A DNA stretch of 36,706 bases from a virus, in IMG/VR virus record IMGVR_UViG_3300026139_000066. One strand, given 5' to 3'. A program made the translations under genes and the position numbers. Below the pieces are notes generated by a model. It saw only the letters and a program-made list of their open reading frames with translations. It made no database searches and had not been told where the DNA came from. Below are positions 9,584 through 18,928 of this stretch, in pieces (the first letter of the stretch is position 1; every line of letters starts with the position of its first letter).

Positions 9584-9975
9584 TTCTCCGACCGCCGTGC
9601 GACCTGTTGGATCTCCGTTGCCGCAAACCGGTCGCCCTCCCCGTCCTCCACAACGCCATCACCCGGACCAACACGCCGCTCGACCCGTGACGCCAACAAC
9701 ACCTTGAGAAACGCAGCGTGCTCCGCCTTGGCCTCGTCCGTGCACGGAAGCGCCCGGCCGCTCTCGGTCAAATCCCATTCTGCAATCGCGGCCAACGCCG
9801 AGGCCAATGTCAACTGTGACAGCCTGACGACGCCGGCCTCAGTGTACGCGTCCATCATATCGATTGCCGTCAGCGGCCGGAGCCGAACCCTCAGCACCGG
9901 CGGATCGATGATGTCGGTCGCCAGGTGAAGCTCCATCCACCCCGTCAACGGTTCCAGCTTTTTGATTTCGCTCAT
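9568..9975 (-). CDS. Tail assembly chaperone (G-like)
   Basis: 135 aa, between the major tail and tape measure genes. It ends ...SENFLKN* directly on a double slippery run. Confidence 0.75.
   Translation of the reverse strand: MSEIKKLEPLTGWMELHLATDIIDPPVLRVRLRPLTAIDMMDAYTEAGVVRLSQLTLASALAAIAEWDLTESGRALPCTDEAKAEHAAFLKVLLASRVERRVGPGDGVVEDGEGDRFAATEIQQVARRSENFLKN
9571..9584 (-). promoter_or_regulatory. Programmed -1 ribosomal frameshift slippery site (tandem heptamers)
   Basis: The minus-strand mRNA reads GAG AAT TTT TTA AAA AAT TAA in the G frame. It contains T_TTT_TTA and A_AAA_AAT, both in X_XXY_YYZ form, just before the G stop. Confidence 0.6.
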
Positions 9976-9978
9976 GCC

Positions 9979-11025
9979 TTACGCCAGGTAATCCGTCGAC
10001 TGCTTGTTGACGATCTCCACATAAGGGAGTGTCGAGCTCATGCCGGTGGGATTCGCCTGCGCCCGTTCGGCGACAAGCTCGATGCTGTGCTTGATGATCT
10101 TCTCCCGGCTCGGATCGGGGTTCTGGATGATCATTGAGGGGTAAAAGATCGTGATGCTATAGTAGAATCCAGACCCGGCCTCAAGCGGAGACGTCAGTTG
10201 AAGCGCAACCTTCTGCGGAGTCCCCGCAATGTGCGCGGCAAGGTAAGCGGCGTTCACCGCGGCAAAGCGGGGGAAATTCAGCTTCAGCGAGATGTCCGGA
10301 TAATCCGCCGCCGCGGGTAGGACGATTGTGGGTGACCCGGCCACGTACTGGCTGTCGTAGCTCCGGTTGAAGACGGGCTCGATCCCGCTGACGTCCAGCG
10401 GCGTCGTCGTCAGTACGTCCGTAGCAACGTCCCGGCCGTTCATGTAAACTTTGAGTTGGTTGAACGTGACCGGAACATCAAGCGCCGGGGTCAGCGCGGC
10501 CATTTGCACCGTGCCGTTGATGGAACTGTCGTCCTTGCAGTTGTCGCCGCGGCCCTTGGCCTCGTAAGCGATACGGCCATCCTCGACCTTCAGCGCCAGC
10601 CCCAGCGGCATCACCGACGGGGCCTCGTAGATGACGCCCGGGAACTCCGCGGCCAGGGTGTAGAACCCTGACCCGAAATCAGCCCATTTGATTTCGTGTT
10701 TATAAGCGGTGGTCGCCCCCTGCCTTGTCGGCGTTCCGGCCGTCCCAAACAGCAGGGCGAGGTGTCGGCCGATGGCGCCCAGCTCATAGCTGAGATCCCC
10801 TCCGATTGAGATGTCCGGAGGGTTGTAATCCGTCATCACGCCGGCCGGGCGAAACGTCGCTCCCGCGTGATCGCTCGGGGAATATTTCCGGGACGCTTTC
10901 AAGCCGCTGAGTTTTTTGCACAGCAGTTGATCTGAGGCGCCAAGGGCAACCGCCGTGCCCCAGGTCTCGCCCTTTTTCAGCCCTACCTTTTTGTCCAGGA
11001 CGGAAGGCCCTGTCGGTGTAGCCAT
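9979..11025 (-). CDS. Major tail protein
   Basis: 348 aa, directly upstream of the G/GT chaperones. The call is positional plus composition. No sheath gene was recognised, so a siphovirus-like tail is inferred. Confidence 0.7.
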   Translation of the reverse strand: MATPTGPSVLDKKVGLKKGETWGTAVALGASDQLLCKKLSGLKASRKYSPSDHAGATFRPAGVMTDYNPPDISIGGDLSYELGAIGRHLALLFGTAGTPTRQGATTAYKHEIKWADFGSGFYTLAAEFPGVIYEAPSVMPLGLALKVEDGRIAYEAKGRGDNCKDDSSINGTVQMAALTPALDVPVTFNQLKVYMNGRDVATDVLTTTPLDVSGIEPVFNRSYDSQYVAGSPTIVLPAAADYPDISLKLNFPRFAAVNAAYLAAHIAGTPQKVALQLTSPLEAGSGFYYSITIFYPSMIIQNPDPSREKIIKHSIELVAERAQANPTGMSSTLPYVEIVNKQSTDYLA

Positions 11026-11028
11026 GTT

Positions 11029-11262
11029 TTATTTCTCCTTGTTACCGTTTTCGACATTGGCCGCATGGCCCGTGCTGATCCACGCGGCCAAGACCGCCCC
11101 GTCAACGCGGTTTGCGGCATAGGTTTTACCCTGCTCCAGTAGGAGCTGGCCCTCGTACCAAAAGCCCGTCGGACCGGTCCAGATAAATTTGCGCGGGGTT
11201 TTCCCGTTGTCCTCGCCGGACGAGGAGGGCGGACCCGCTGCCGCCATGTTCGTTTTTGACAT
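11029..11262 (-). CDS. Small hypothetical virion-module protein
   Basis: ATG at 11262 is preceded by GGAGGCAAGG. The 77-aa product begins MSKTNMAAAGPPSS... The track's longer 104-aa version overlaps the upstream gene. Confidence 0.5.
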   Translation of the reverse strand: MSKTNMAAAGPPSSSGEDNGKTPRKFIWTGPTGFWYEGQLLLEQGKTYAANRVDGAVLAAWISTGHAANVENGNKEK

Positions 11263-11284
11263 CCTTGCCTCCTTGCCCGAATTC

Positions 11285-11773
11285 CTAGACGTATCCGAGC
11301 GTGTCGCTGAATTGAATCTCGACGCGAACGTCGAAAAAACCATGCCCGTTTTCTATCGCCAAATAGCCGTCGTCGGTGTCAGGCGGTTCCTTGATGAGTA
11401 ACTGGATCACGCCCAGGGATGGAAGCGCCGCCGCGTCGGAGCTCCCCATCTCGTCGGCCAGGGCAACCCGGATATCCTGCCAGCACTCCAGGATGCGAGC
11501 GCTTGTATCCGCGTTGTCCCGGACGTAACCCTTGATCGTGATTTCGAACGTCTCGTCGACGCTATGGTAGGAGTTGTAATTGCGCTGGCCCCCGCTCCCG
11601 AGGGTAACCATGTAGAGCGGATAGGCGCCCTGATACTCCCGCCAATGGACGTAACGAGTCATCACCCGGGCGGGCGTCGTCCAGTACGTTTCTCCGGCGG
11701 CGATCGCCGATAACACGGTGACAATCCGATTTCGAATCGCAAGCTCCCGCGGAACTGGAGGGGTCATTGGCAT
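11285..11773 (-). CDS. Tail completion/terminator-like protein
   Basis: 162 aa, between the neck genes and the major tail gene. Assignment by synteny only. Confidence 0.45.
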   Translation of the reverse strand: MPMTPPVPRELAIRNRIVTVLSAIAAGETYWTTPARVMTRYVHWREYQGAYPLYMVTLGSGGQRNYNSYHSVDETFEITIKGYVRDNADTSARILECWQDIRVALADEMGSSDAAALPSLGVIQLLIKEPPDTDDGYLAIENGHGFFDVRVEIQFSDTLGYV

Positions 11774-12391
11774 TTACCCATCGCTCCCGCCGCTTTGGGC
11801 CTGGGCCTGAGTCATGGCCTCGGCCTGCATATAGATGTAATCGGGAGCCATGATTTGTTCCAGGTGTTCGACGCGTCGGCGCATCGGCCCCGAGAACCAA
11901 AACGTTGGCGGAAGGCGGACCTCGTCCTTAAGAACAAACAGCGGTTTCAGTTTCCCCGTCTTGCCGACACGCTGGCAGTAGAGCAAGTTTCCCGCGATCG
12001 AACGAACGAAAAACCCATCGGAATAATCCGAGATCCGGCCCTCCGTTTGTCCCAGGGGAATCGTCAGCCGCTTATCTTTTTTTCGGATAGTCCCGCCCTC
12101 GTCCTGGATGCGGGCGTAGATGACACCCTTTGTGTTTCCGACACCGGTTCCCACGACGATCGAAAGCACCTCACCCGCCGCGCGGTGTTCCATTCCGATG
12201 TTGCGCGCCAAGTTTTCTGTTTTTCTTCCCTGGCCGCTGCGCTGCTGTTCGGCGGCAGAGCGCTCCAGTGCCTGTACAGACTCGGCGCCCCAGGCTGTCG
12301 TCAGCTTCCGAACCGCCCGCGGGATGTTCAGCGTCGTCGCTGTCTTTCGAAGCGCAGCTGTGACGTCTCGCTCAATTCGCATGTCCGTCAT
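11774..12391 (-). CDS. Head-tail joining protein (HK97 gp10-like / tail completion)
   Basis: 205 aa. The central segment TENLARNIGMEH..VVGTGVGNTKGVIYARIQDEGG resembles the gp10-like pattern. Synteny supports the call. Confidence 0.5.
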   Translation of the reverse strand: MTDMRIERDVTAALRKTATTLNIPRAVRKLTTAWGAESVQALERSAAEQQRSGQGRKTENLARNIGMEHRAAGEVLSIVVGTGVGNTKGVIYARIQDEGGTIRKKDKRLTIPLGQTEGRISDYSDGFFVRSIAGNLLYCQRVGKTGKLKPLFVLKDEVRLPPTFWFSGPMRRRVEHLEQIMAPDYIYMQAEAMTQAQAQSGGSDG

Positions 12392-12393
12392 CG

Positions 12394-12981
12394 TCAGATC
12401 CTCACCCCCCGATACTTTTCAAGAGTCGCCTTAACGACAGACAAAAACTCCCCCTCTTCTCGCCGCGTGACACTGCCATCGGAAAAGCTCCTCGACAGCT
12501 CCCCCCAGGAATGCGTTCGGTAGTCCTGGTAGTCTGCCGCGATCTGCACGAGCGCGGCCAGCTTGAGATCCTTCGGGAGCGCGGCTTGCGCCCAGCCCGC
12601 CTTATAGGACGAGAGCACTATGTTTTTACGTCCATGAGCCCATCGGCCGGCCCCAAGCCGGACCAAGATCCCGGTATCGGGATATAGTCGGTAGTCCTGA
12701 TCCTCACCCTCGACGAGGGCAACGCCGCCCTCGGTCAGCCCCGCAAGCGAGACGTTGGGATATCGGGGCAGCAGCAGCGTCTGCCGGCCGTTGCCGTCCA
12801 GGTATGCCGTCGCCTCGGTTTGCTCGAGGAGGCGCCGACCGACAGCCGCGTTGAATCGCTCGGATACCCCGTCGATTAAGATTTCGAGGATGGCGTCGTC
12901 CTCCGTTTCGCTGGATTTTTTACCGACGAACGCTCGCGCATCGTCCAGCGTGACCAGGGCAATCGACGTATCGATGGCCAT
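12394..12981 (-). CDS. Head-tail connector (gp6-like) protein
   Basis: 195 aa. The N-terminus VTLDDARAFVGKKSSETEDDAILEILIDGVSERF is typical of gp6-like connectors. Synteny supports the call. Confidence 0.6.
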   Translation of the reverse strand: MAIDTSIALVTLDDARAFVGKKSSETEDDAILEILIDGVSERFNAAVGRRLLEQTEATAYLDGNGRQTLLLPRYPNVSLAGLTEGGVALVEGEDQDYRLYPDTGILVRLGAGRWAHGRKNIVLSSYKAGWAQAALPKDLKLAALVQIAADYQDYRTHSWGELSRSFSDGSVTRREEGEFLSVVKATLEKYRGVRI

Positions 12982-12987
12982 TGCTCG

Positions 12988-13251
12988 TTACCGCTTTTTC
13001 GACGCCCCGCGGCCGCGGGTCTTGTCGCTTGCCCGGCCCGGCTCCATTTTGTTTTCGGGCGCGCCCGTGAGCGCCTTTGCCTCCTCCGGTAAACCGGCCC
13101 GCCCCTCGGCCAACAACACCGCCGCAATTCGTTCCGGGATCTCCACCTCCTGGCCGGCTTGAAAATCGACTGGATGGATGCCGTCGATACAAATCCGTTC
13201 CGCGCCCGTGAATCGAACCCTCATCGTCACCTCCATCGGTTGGTCGTGCAT
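12988..13251 (-). CDS. Small hypothetical head-module protein
   Basis: ATG at 13251 is preceded by GGGAGG. The product is 87 aa. The track's 111-aa version has an unsupported N-terminal extension. Confidence 0.45.
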   Translation of the reverse strand: MHDQPMEVTMRVRFTGAERICIDGIHPVDFQAGQEVEIPERIAAVLLAEGRAGLPEEAKALTGAPENKMEPGRASDKTRGRGASKKR

Positions 13252-13351
13252 GATGACCTCCCAATCTTTAGGAGCGGACGGGCGGCCGGATAACCTCCGT
13301 ACCGCCCGCCCGCCGCTCAACATGACAGTATGATGCCCCTATGCCTGGGCG

Positions 13352-13768
13352 TTAAACGGCCGGCATATGCCGGGCGCCCATCCGAATCACGGTCCCGATG
13401 AACGATCCGCCGGTGGCCGGCGCACCGGTCACGGTCACGAGATCGATCCGGAGATAGCGCTTGCCGCCTCGATAATAGAACCACGTCGACTTGTCGTCGT
13501 CCGTTGCGGCAAACGTCGGCTCAAGCGCTCCGGCAGCCGGTCCACCAGAAACGAGGTTGGAGTCCGACACGGCGGCCGCGTCGCTCAAGGCCGAGTTGTC
13601 ACCCTCCTTGAGCTCGAACGTGAATCCGCCGTCCGTGATCGTTTCGGACTGAATCAGAATGAGGGCCTCCTCGTACCCCTGCATGTCGACAATTGCGTCA
13701 CCGTCGTGCGCGGCCTTGTAGACCGTGCCGCCCTTGAAACTGATGACAGGATATTCGTTTTTTAGCAT
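13352..13768 (-). CDS. Hypothetical head-associated protein (possible decoration protein)
   Basis: 138 aa, immediately downstream of the major capsid gene. No motif recognised. Confidence 0.5.
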   Translation of the reverse strand: MLKNEYPVISFKGGTVYKAAHDGDAIVDMQGYEEALILIQSETITDGGFTFELKEGDNSALSDAAAVSDSNLVSGGPAAGALEPTFAATDDDKSTWFYYRGGKRYLRIDLVTVTGAPATGGSFIGTVIRMGARHMPAV

Positions 13769-13784
13769 GTTGTTCTCCTCACGC

Positions 13785-14930
13785 TTACGATTTCAGCGTG
13801 TAGATTTTGATGGCTTCGGGGAGGACGACCTGGCCGCCGACCCGCTTCCGGGCGCTGATTTCGACGCATCCGGTGGATTTGGATGTGTAGGGGTCGACCA
13901 TGATTTCAACCTCCAGGCGGTCGACGATGATGTAGCCGGACCGGAAATCTCCGATCACCACGGCCTTGGCCCCCTTACCCTCCGCCGGCATGTCCTTGCA
14001 TTCGACATAAGGCCGGCCGAGCACATTGGGCTGGCCCTGAACCTGGAAGCCCGGTTGCCACAGGTAATCGCCCGTGGTCGCGTTTTTCAACTTGGCGATG
14101 GCCAAGGTCGTCGCGCGCTTCCATAGCCAGGTCGCCGAACGGGCGTACCGGTCGTTCAGCGCGTAGAGCGTATCGAGAAGGTCGTCTGCCACGACCACGC
14201 CCGACGTGGTCACGCCCGTGAAGCCGGTGATGGCGGAATTCACCAGGATGCCCTCCGGCTTCCCCACCGCGTTGCCAGTGAGAAACGCTTCGCCCTCGAG
14301 AACCCCGAACTGTTCGCCGAACTCATCTACCAGGAATCCCTGCAGGTCAAACGCTGTGTCCTCAAGGTCCTGTTTGGAGATTTTCGCCAGCGCAAACATC
14401 TCATGAGTCGGGATCTCCTCAAGCCCAATCTTGGGGTTGGTCGTTTCCGACCTGGTCCCGATCTCGGTCACCCAGGCGGCCGAGGCGCTTTGCGTTTTCT
14501 TCGGGATCTGGATCGACCGGTTCTTGGTTTGCCGCACCTTCGCCAGCGTCCGGATCGGAGAATAAAGGACATCGAATTTGATGATGTCGTTGACGAACTC
14601 CACCGGGGCCCGATAGCCGCCGGTCGTCGGATCTCCGACGGTCATAACCTTTGTCTCAAGCTCGTCCAACGCCTTGCCCGTGAGCTTTTTTTTCAAGCCG
14701 GAGAAAAACGCCTTGGTCTCGGAGGCGGGGGTCGCTTGCTGATCGGGTTGCGGGGCGCTCAGCGTGGCAATCGCCTTTGAGAGCTCCGCCAGCCGCGCCT
14801 CGTATTTCCGTTCGTACTCGTCGAGATCGGACCGGCCGATCTTGCCCTTGAGCTGCTCTTCGTTTTTCGTCTGGAAATCGACGATGAGCTTTTTTTGTTC
14901 GTCGATAAGACTTTTCAGTTCTGCGTCCAT
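13785..14930 (-). CDS. Major capsid protein, HK97 family
   Basis: 381 aa. It has an N-terminal coiled-coil delta-like region followed by a capsid body (..GGYRAPVEFVNDII..IQIPKKTQSASAAWVTE..EGEAFLTGNAVGKPEGIL..). It follows the prohead protease. Confidence 0.9.
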   Translation of the reverse strand: MDAELKSLIDEQKKLIVDFQTKNEEQLKGKIGRSDLDEYERKYEARLAELSKAIATLSAPQPDQQATPASETKAFFSGLKKKLTGKALDELETKVMTVGDPTTGGYRAPVEFVNDIIKFDVLYSPIRTLAKVRQTKNRSIQIPKKTQSASAAWVTEIGTRSETTNPKIGLEEIPTHEMFALAKISKQDLEDTAFDLQGFLVDEFGEQFGVLEGEAFLTGNAVGKPEGILVNSAITGFTGVTTSGVVVADDLLDTLYALNDRYARSATWLWKRATTLAIAKLKNATTGDYLWQPGFQVQGQPNVLGRPYVECKDMPAEGKGAKAVVIGDFRSGYIIVDRLEVEIMVDPYTSKSTGCVEISARKRVGGQVVLPEAIKIYTLKS

Positions 14931-14937
14931 GTGGACC

Positions 14938-15648
14938 TCACTTTTGAAGTTGACCCCTGGTCCATTCGACCAGGGATTTCACGGCCTCAACGGCTTCCCG
15001 CCTCTGGCCGCTATCCGCAATCGGCGGCTCGTTCCCGGGGGGAGTGTCCGCAGGGGGCGGCTCTCCCGGGAGAAGTGCCTTTAGGGAATCGATGTATAGC
15101 GCCAAATCTTTTTTCTGCTCATCACTCAAACGTTCGTCTCGCAGCGCCTCAACGCACCCGGCCAGGTCGTCCAGCGATTTAACACCGGTGACGACGGCCC
15201 CGGGACACGCCTGAAAATTGCATATCGAAATCTCGTAGAGCTCGACCTCTTTCAATCGACGAACGCCGGCCTCGTTGTCCACCGCGTCCTTGACTGTCCG
15301 ATAGCCGATTGAAATTCCATCGAGCACTTCGGCCGTCATTGCCGCATAGACCTCACGCGCCTTCTGGTTGGCCTCGAGAAACAACTGTCCCTCGACGGAC
15401 AGGCCGTGATCGTCCTCTGCGGCAACGAGATATCCGATCGGGGGATCCCCGGCGTTGTGGCTCCACAGGAGTTTGATCTTGCGACCCTTTTTTTCCTTGA
15501 GCGTTTTCCGAAACGCCCCGCGCTCGACGATATCGCCGTACGAATCCAGCACACCCCAGATCGAGGCATACCCGCGAAACGACCCGGATTCCGAGATCGA
15601 GCCGTCCTCAAGCTTAAACCGAAAATATTTCACTTCTTGTTTTTTCAT
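14938..15648 (-). CDS. Prohead protease, HK97 family
   Basis: ATG at 15648 (cat 15646..15648) has a GGAGA RBS. The product begins MKKQEVKYFRFKLEDGSISESGSFRGYASIWGVLDSYGDIVERGAFRKTL.. and contains ..KLLWSHN.. The 96 residues upstream in the track ORF are Arg/Gly junk that overlaps the portal gene. Confidence 0.85.
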   Translation of the reverse strand: MKKQEVKYFRFKLEDGSISESGSFRGYASIWGVLDSYGDIVERGAFRKTLKEKKGRKIKLLWSHNAGDPPIGYLVAAEDDHGLSVEGQLFLEANQKAREVYAAMTAEVLDGISIGYRTVKDAVDNEAGVRRLKEVELYEISICNFQACPGAVVTGVKSLDDLAGCVEALRDERLSDEQKKDLALYIDSLKALLPGEPPPADTPPGNEPPIADSGQRREAVEAVKSLVEWTRGQLQK

Positions 15649-15656
15649 GGCGTCTC

Positions 15657-17717
15657 CTAGTCCACGATCGGGTAGGTGGTGCACAGGCAGTTGACGACGT
15701 TCCCGGCGTCTCCCCGCGGATCTCCCGGATACGCCATCGCCTGACCGTCGACGTGAAAATCCTCCGTAACCCCAACCTCTTGGCCGTCTGCCGAGATATG
15801 CGCATCCCTCGAGTCGGGAACAAACGAGCACATCCAGCCCTTGCGCGTCACAAACTCCGTGTCCTTGTACCCCTCCACCTGGCCCCAGTTTTCGACCTTG
15901 GCCGATTCGGTCCTGGCAATGGTTCGGCAGCGCCATTGCGCGAACGATTTCAGCTTGTCGATCAATCTCTGGGTCAGCTCCTCCGTGGTCCAGTTCTCGG
16001 CCTCCGCCAGCATCAGTTGGTCGCGGACAAGCGCCATTGTCGTCTTGGCGATTTTTGTCCCAGACTCAAGGATGATCTGGTCTAAATATTCCAGCGCCTC
16101 GGGCGACAGGTCATAGAGATCAACCTTCTCCTCGAGTTCGGGGAGTTCGCCCTTGGAGGCCCTAACCCCGGCCGCAATGGCGCGGCGGGCGGCCTGATAG
16201 GCCCAGGGACGAGCACGCTTGAAATACTCCCGGGCCTCGGCCTCAAGGTCGACGCTCCGCGCCTTGGAAACGCGGTCGGCCTGGTCCTTGAGGAACATGT
16301 AGGCGATGGCAACAAGGGATCGCTCCTTCGTCTCCACGCGGCGAACGAAGTTGTGCCAGAGGGCTTCTTTTCTGTCCGCGGGCGCCCAGGATTTCCGGGC
16401 CACGGGCCCGGTCCCGGCCTTGTCGTCGTCCGCTTGAGACGATGCGGGCGATTCTTGCGAGACCAGCGCACTTTGACCCGCCGTGACCATCTCCAGCGGA
16501 AGCGTAGCGTAAGAGACGAGGATCGCCTCCCCGCCGGCGGCCTTGCCGACCGGGGCGAGACCAACGCCCTTACGCTTTTCGTCGATCTTCATAAACTCAG
16601 CCGCGTTTATATAAGCGAATTTCTTTTCCCGGTCCTCTTGGAGCGCCTCGATCTGATTTCGATCCACCGACAACCACAGGTTGTCTCCAAACATCGGACA
16701 TAACCAGGTGTTCAGGTCGTCGACAAACTCGTCCATCAGCGGGAGTACAGTCTCTGTATAGAGGGACCGCCGCGCCTCCTGGAAATTGGAGTACGTTTTG
16801 TTTGCGGAGTCGCCGATTAATTCCGGGGCGATGTTGAACACGGCCGCGATTTCGCGCTTGTTATGCACAATCCCCTGGATCCAATCCAGCTCCTTTGGGG
16901 ATATGCTCATCTGTTGCCATGACAACCCGCCCTCAAGCAAGAGCGGCTCTCCGGCGTTCTCGTAACCCTGGTACTGCTCCTTGACGCTGGCCCTCAGCCG
17001 CTGATATTGTGCGTCTCCCAGTTGCAGCTCGGTTGCCAAAACGCCCGGCGGCCGCATGTCGTTTTGCAGCAGCCGCATGTTCCACTCGGCGGCCATGTTG
17101 GACACATCGACGCCGCGGGAGGCAACGGTCAGCGGGGAGAGCCCGTACCAGTCGTCCGTCGGATGGAATAGTTTCGAGTGCAGGACAAGCCTCGGGTCCA
17201 GCTGTGTTTTCTGCCCCCTGACCTCGTACTCGTACCCGCCGACCAACACGCCCCCAGAACCAGGCACTACGCGCATTCGCTGGGGCATCGGGAGAAACAG
17301 GGCCGCCGGCGGCATGGACGACATCGGACGCACCGCTTGGACGTAAGAATTACCGTGAAGCAGCAGTTGCGAAAATCGCCGCCGCATCCATGCGCGCTGT
17401 CCCTCGTATTCGTTTGGCCGCCATAGGAGATCTAGAAGCGGATGGTCGTCAATCTCCTTGTCCGCGCCGTCGGTAAGCCGGAATTGAATCCCCGCCGCCG
17501 CGGCCGCGATTTTCGTCACACACGCGTAGACGGCCATGCATTTCTCATAACCCTCTTTCGCAAGCGTCTGAAAATCCTGAGACGACCAGACCGCCCGCTT
17601 CCCGAGTCCGACAAGAATCGCTTGGACCAGCGGATCACGGACGGCCGAGGCGCGGGCCTTCGTGGCCGGCGGCAGGTCTCCGAACATAAGGAATCGGGCC
17701 CGCTGGATTATATTCAC
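15657..17717 (-). CDS. Portal protein fused to a C-terminal Mu F / SPP1 gp7-like minor head domain
   Basis: The N-terminal ~430 aa are portal-like. The C-terminus carries ARTESAKVENWG...GNVVNCLCTTYPIV, a MuF-like signature. The likely start is a GTG at 17717 that overlaps the TerL TGA (GTGA). The track's start at 17765 is an alternative. Confidence 0.8.
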   Translation of the reverse strand: MNIIQRARFLMFGDLPPATKARASAVRDPLVQAILVGLGKRAVWSSQDFQTLAKEGYEKCMAVYACVTKIAAAAAGIQFRLTDGADKEIDDHPLLDLLWRPNEYEGQRAWMRRRFSQLLLHGNSYVQAVRPMSSMPPAALFLPMPQRMRVVPGSGGVLVGGYEYEVRGQKTQLDPRLVLHSKLFHPTDDWYGLSPLTVASRGVDVSNMAAEWNMRLLQNDMRPPGVLATELQLGDAQYQRLRASVKEQYQGYENAGEPLLLEGGLSWQQMSISPKELDWIQGIVHNKREIAAVFNIAPELIGDSANKTYSNFQEARRSLYTETVLPLMDEFVDDLNTWLCPMFGDNLWLSVDRNQIEALQEDREKKFAYINAAEFMKIDEKRKGVGLAPVGKAAGGEAILVSYATLPLEMVTAGQSALVSQESPASSQADDDKAGTGPVARKSWAPADRKEALWHNFVRRVETKERSLVAIAYMFLKDQADRVSKARSVDLEAEAREYFKRARPWAYQAARRAIAAGVRASKGELPELEEKVDLYDLSPEALEYLDQIILESGTKIAKTTMALVRDQLMLAEAENWTTEELTQRLIDKLKSFAQWRCRTIARTESAKVENWGQVEGYKDTEFVTRKGWMCSFVPDSRDAHISADGQEVGVTEDFHVDGQAMAYPGDPRGDAGNVVNCLCTTYPIVD

Positions 17718-18928
17718 GCAAGGCTCCTTATGCGGGGTTCCGCAAGGTGACGGAGAATCCACCACGCCAGGGCAAGGGCAATGACACAGTCGTCGTGATA
17801 GCCCTCGGGAGCGCTATAGGACACCGTCCCGCTTCGGTTCATCGTGTACTCGTAGATGTCGAGTTCGTTTCGCTGAGTCGGATCATTTAGGATTTTGATT
17901 TCCTGTTTTTCGAACGCGAGCATCAGGGCCTCAATCAGTTGGCCCTTGGACTCGTTGGTAAATTTGTATCCCGTCACCGCCAACCCGGCGCGGCGGAGGT
18001 CGTCAAATATCGGGTCACCGATCCCCGTGGAATCCAATAGCAACCGGGCCCCGTATCGATTGACTGCCGCGATAATGCGGCTCTTTTGGACCGCCCAATC
18101 CAGCAGGTTGAACCGGTCTAGGAACACCTGACGGCCGACGGGATCAAGAATCGTCAGGACAGTAAAATCGGTAAGCCGCGCTAGGTCCAGGCCGGCAACA
18201 TAGTCGACGCCCTTGATTGGCCCCGCGGGCTCCGATCCGACACAGGCCGCGATGTTCCGGAATACGCCGGCCGAATTGTCCAGGAACTCGGCTAGATATT
18301 CTTGCGCATACACGTCCGCCGGAAGCGATTCGCGGGCGTGTTGGAGGTCCTCCGGGCGGATGAGCGGATTGTCAGAGCTGGGGAATTTCCACGACTTGAA
18401 CTCCGTTTGCAGCGGGTCCTGTCCCCGCGTCCATAGCTCGTAAAACCAGTTTTTGCCTTTGGGTGTTGATCCGAACAGCACGGATCCATGAGTGTCTGAG
18501 ACAGCCGGGCGGATCACCTCTTCCCAAACCCCGCGCCGCATCCGGGCGGCCTCGTCCAGGACGACGCGCTTCAGGCCAGAGCCCCGGAGCGTGTCCGGGT
18601 TGTCGGCCGATTTGAAATGCTCGACACCGCCGGACTTATACGCGATACGGAGCTCAGAGATCGAGACATCCTGGAACGCATAATCAGCCCCGCCGCGGCG
18701 GGCCGCGGAGACCTTCTCCCGGAATACCGATTTGGCCTGCGCGTAGATCGGGGACAGCCACCAGTTTTCCCCTCCGTGATTTATGGCCCCTTCGGACAGC
18801 CAGTTCGATTCCGTAATTGTTTTCCCCCAGCGTCGGCCGCAATTCATGATTTTGAACCGGGCCGGATGGCGGAGGACCTCCAGTTGATCGGGGCGGGGGG
18901 CGAATCCGACGACCCGAATCTCAGGCAT
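17714..18928 (-). CDS. terL: Terminase large subunit
   Basis: Walker A-like CGRRWGKT with an ATPase domain followed by a nuclease domain. ATG at 18928 overlaps the TerS-like stop by 8 nt. The alternative start at 19006 would overlap by 86 nt. Confidence 0.85.
   Translation of the reverse strand: MPEIRVVGFAPRPDQLEVLRHPARFKIMNCGRRWGKTITESNWLSEGAINHGGENWWLSPIYAQAKSVFREKVSAARRGGADYAFQDVSISELRIAYKSGGVEHFKSADNPDTLRGSGLKRVVLDEAARMRRGVWEEVIRPAVSDTHGSVLFGSTPKGKNWFYELWTRGQDPLQTEFKSWKFPSSDNPLIRPEDLQHARESLPADVYAQEYLAEFLDNSAGVFRNIAACVGSEPAGPIKGVDYVAGLDLARLTDFTVLTILDPVGRQVFLDRFNLLDWAVQKSRIIAAVNRYGARLLLDSTGIGDPIFDDLRRAGLAVTGYKFTNESKGQLIEALMLAFEKQEIKILNDPTQRNELDIYEYTMNRSGTVSYSAPEGYHDDCVIALALAWWILRHLAEPRIRSLA

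Noticed and set aside
14938-15936. 332-aa version of the protease ORF (also the long N-terminal versions of 18921..19415, 19259..19588, 19453..20430, 28603..29001, 34855..35316 and 23026..23247)
   Set aside because: The upstream extensions overlap the preceding genes, are compositionally aberrant, and have internal ATGs with good RBSs or ATGA coupling that give sensible proteins.
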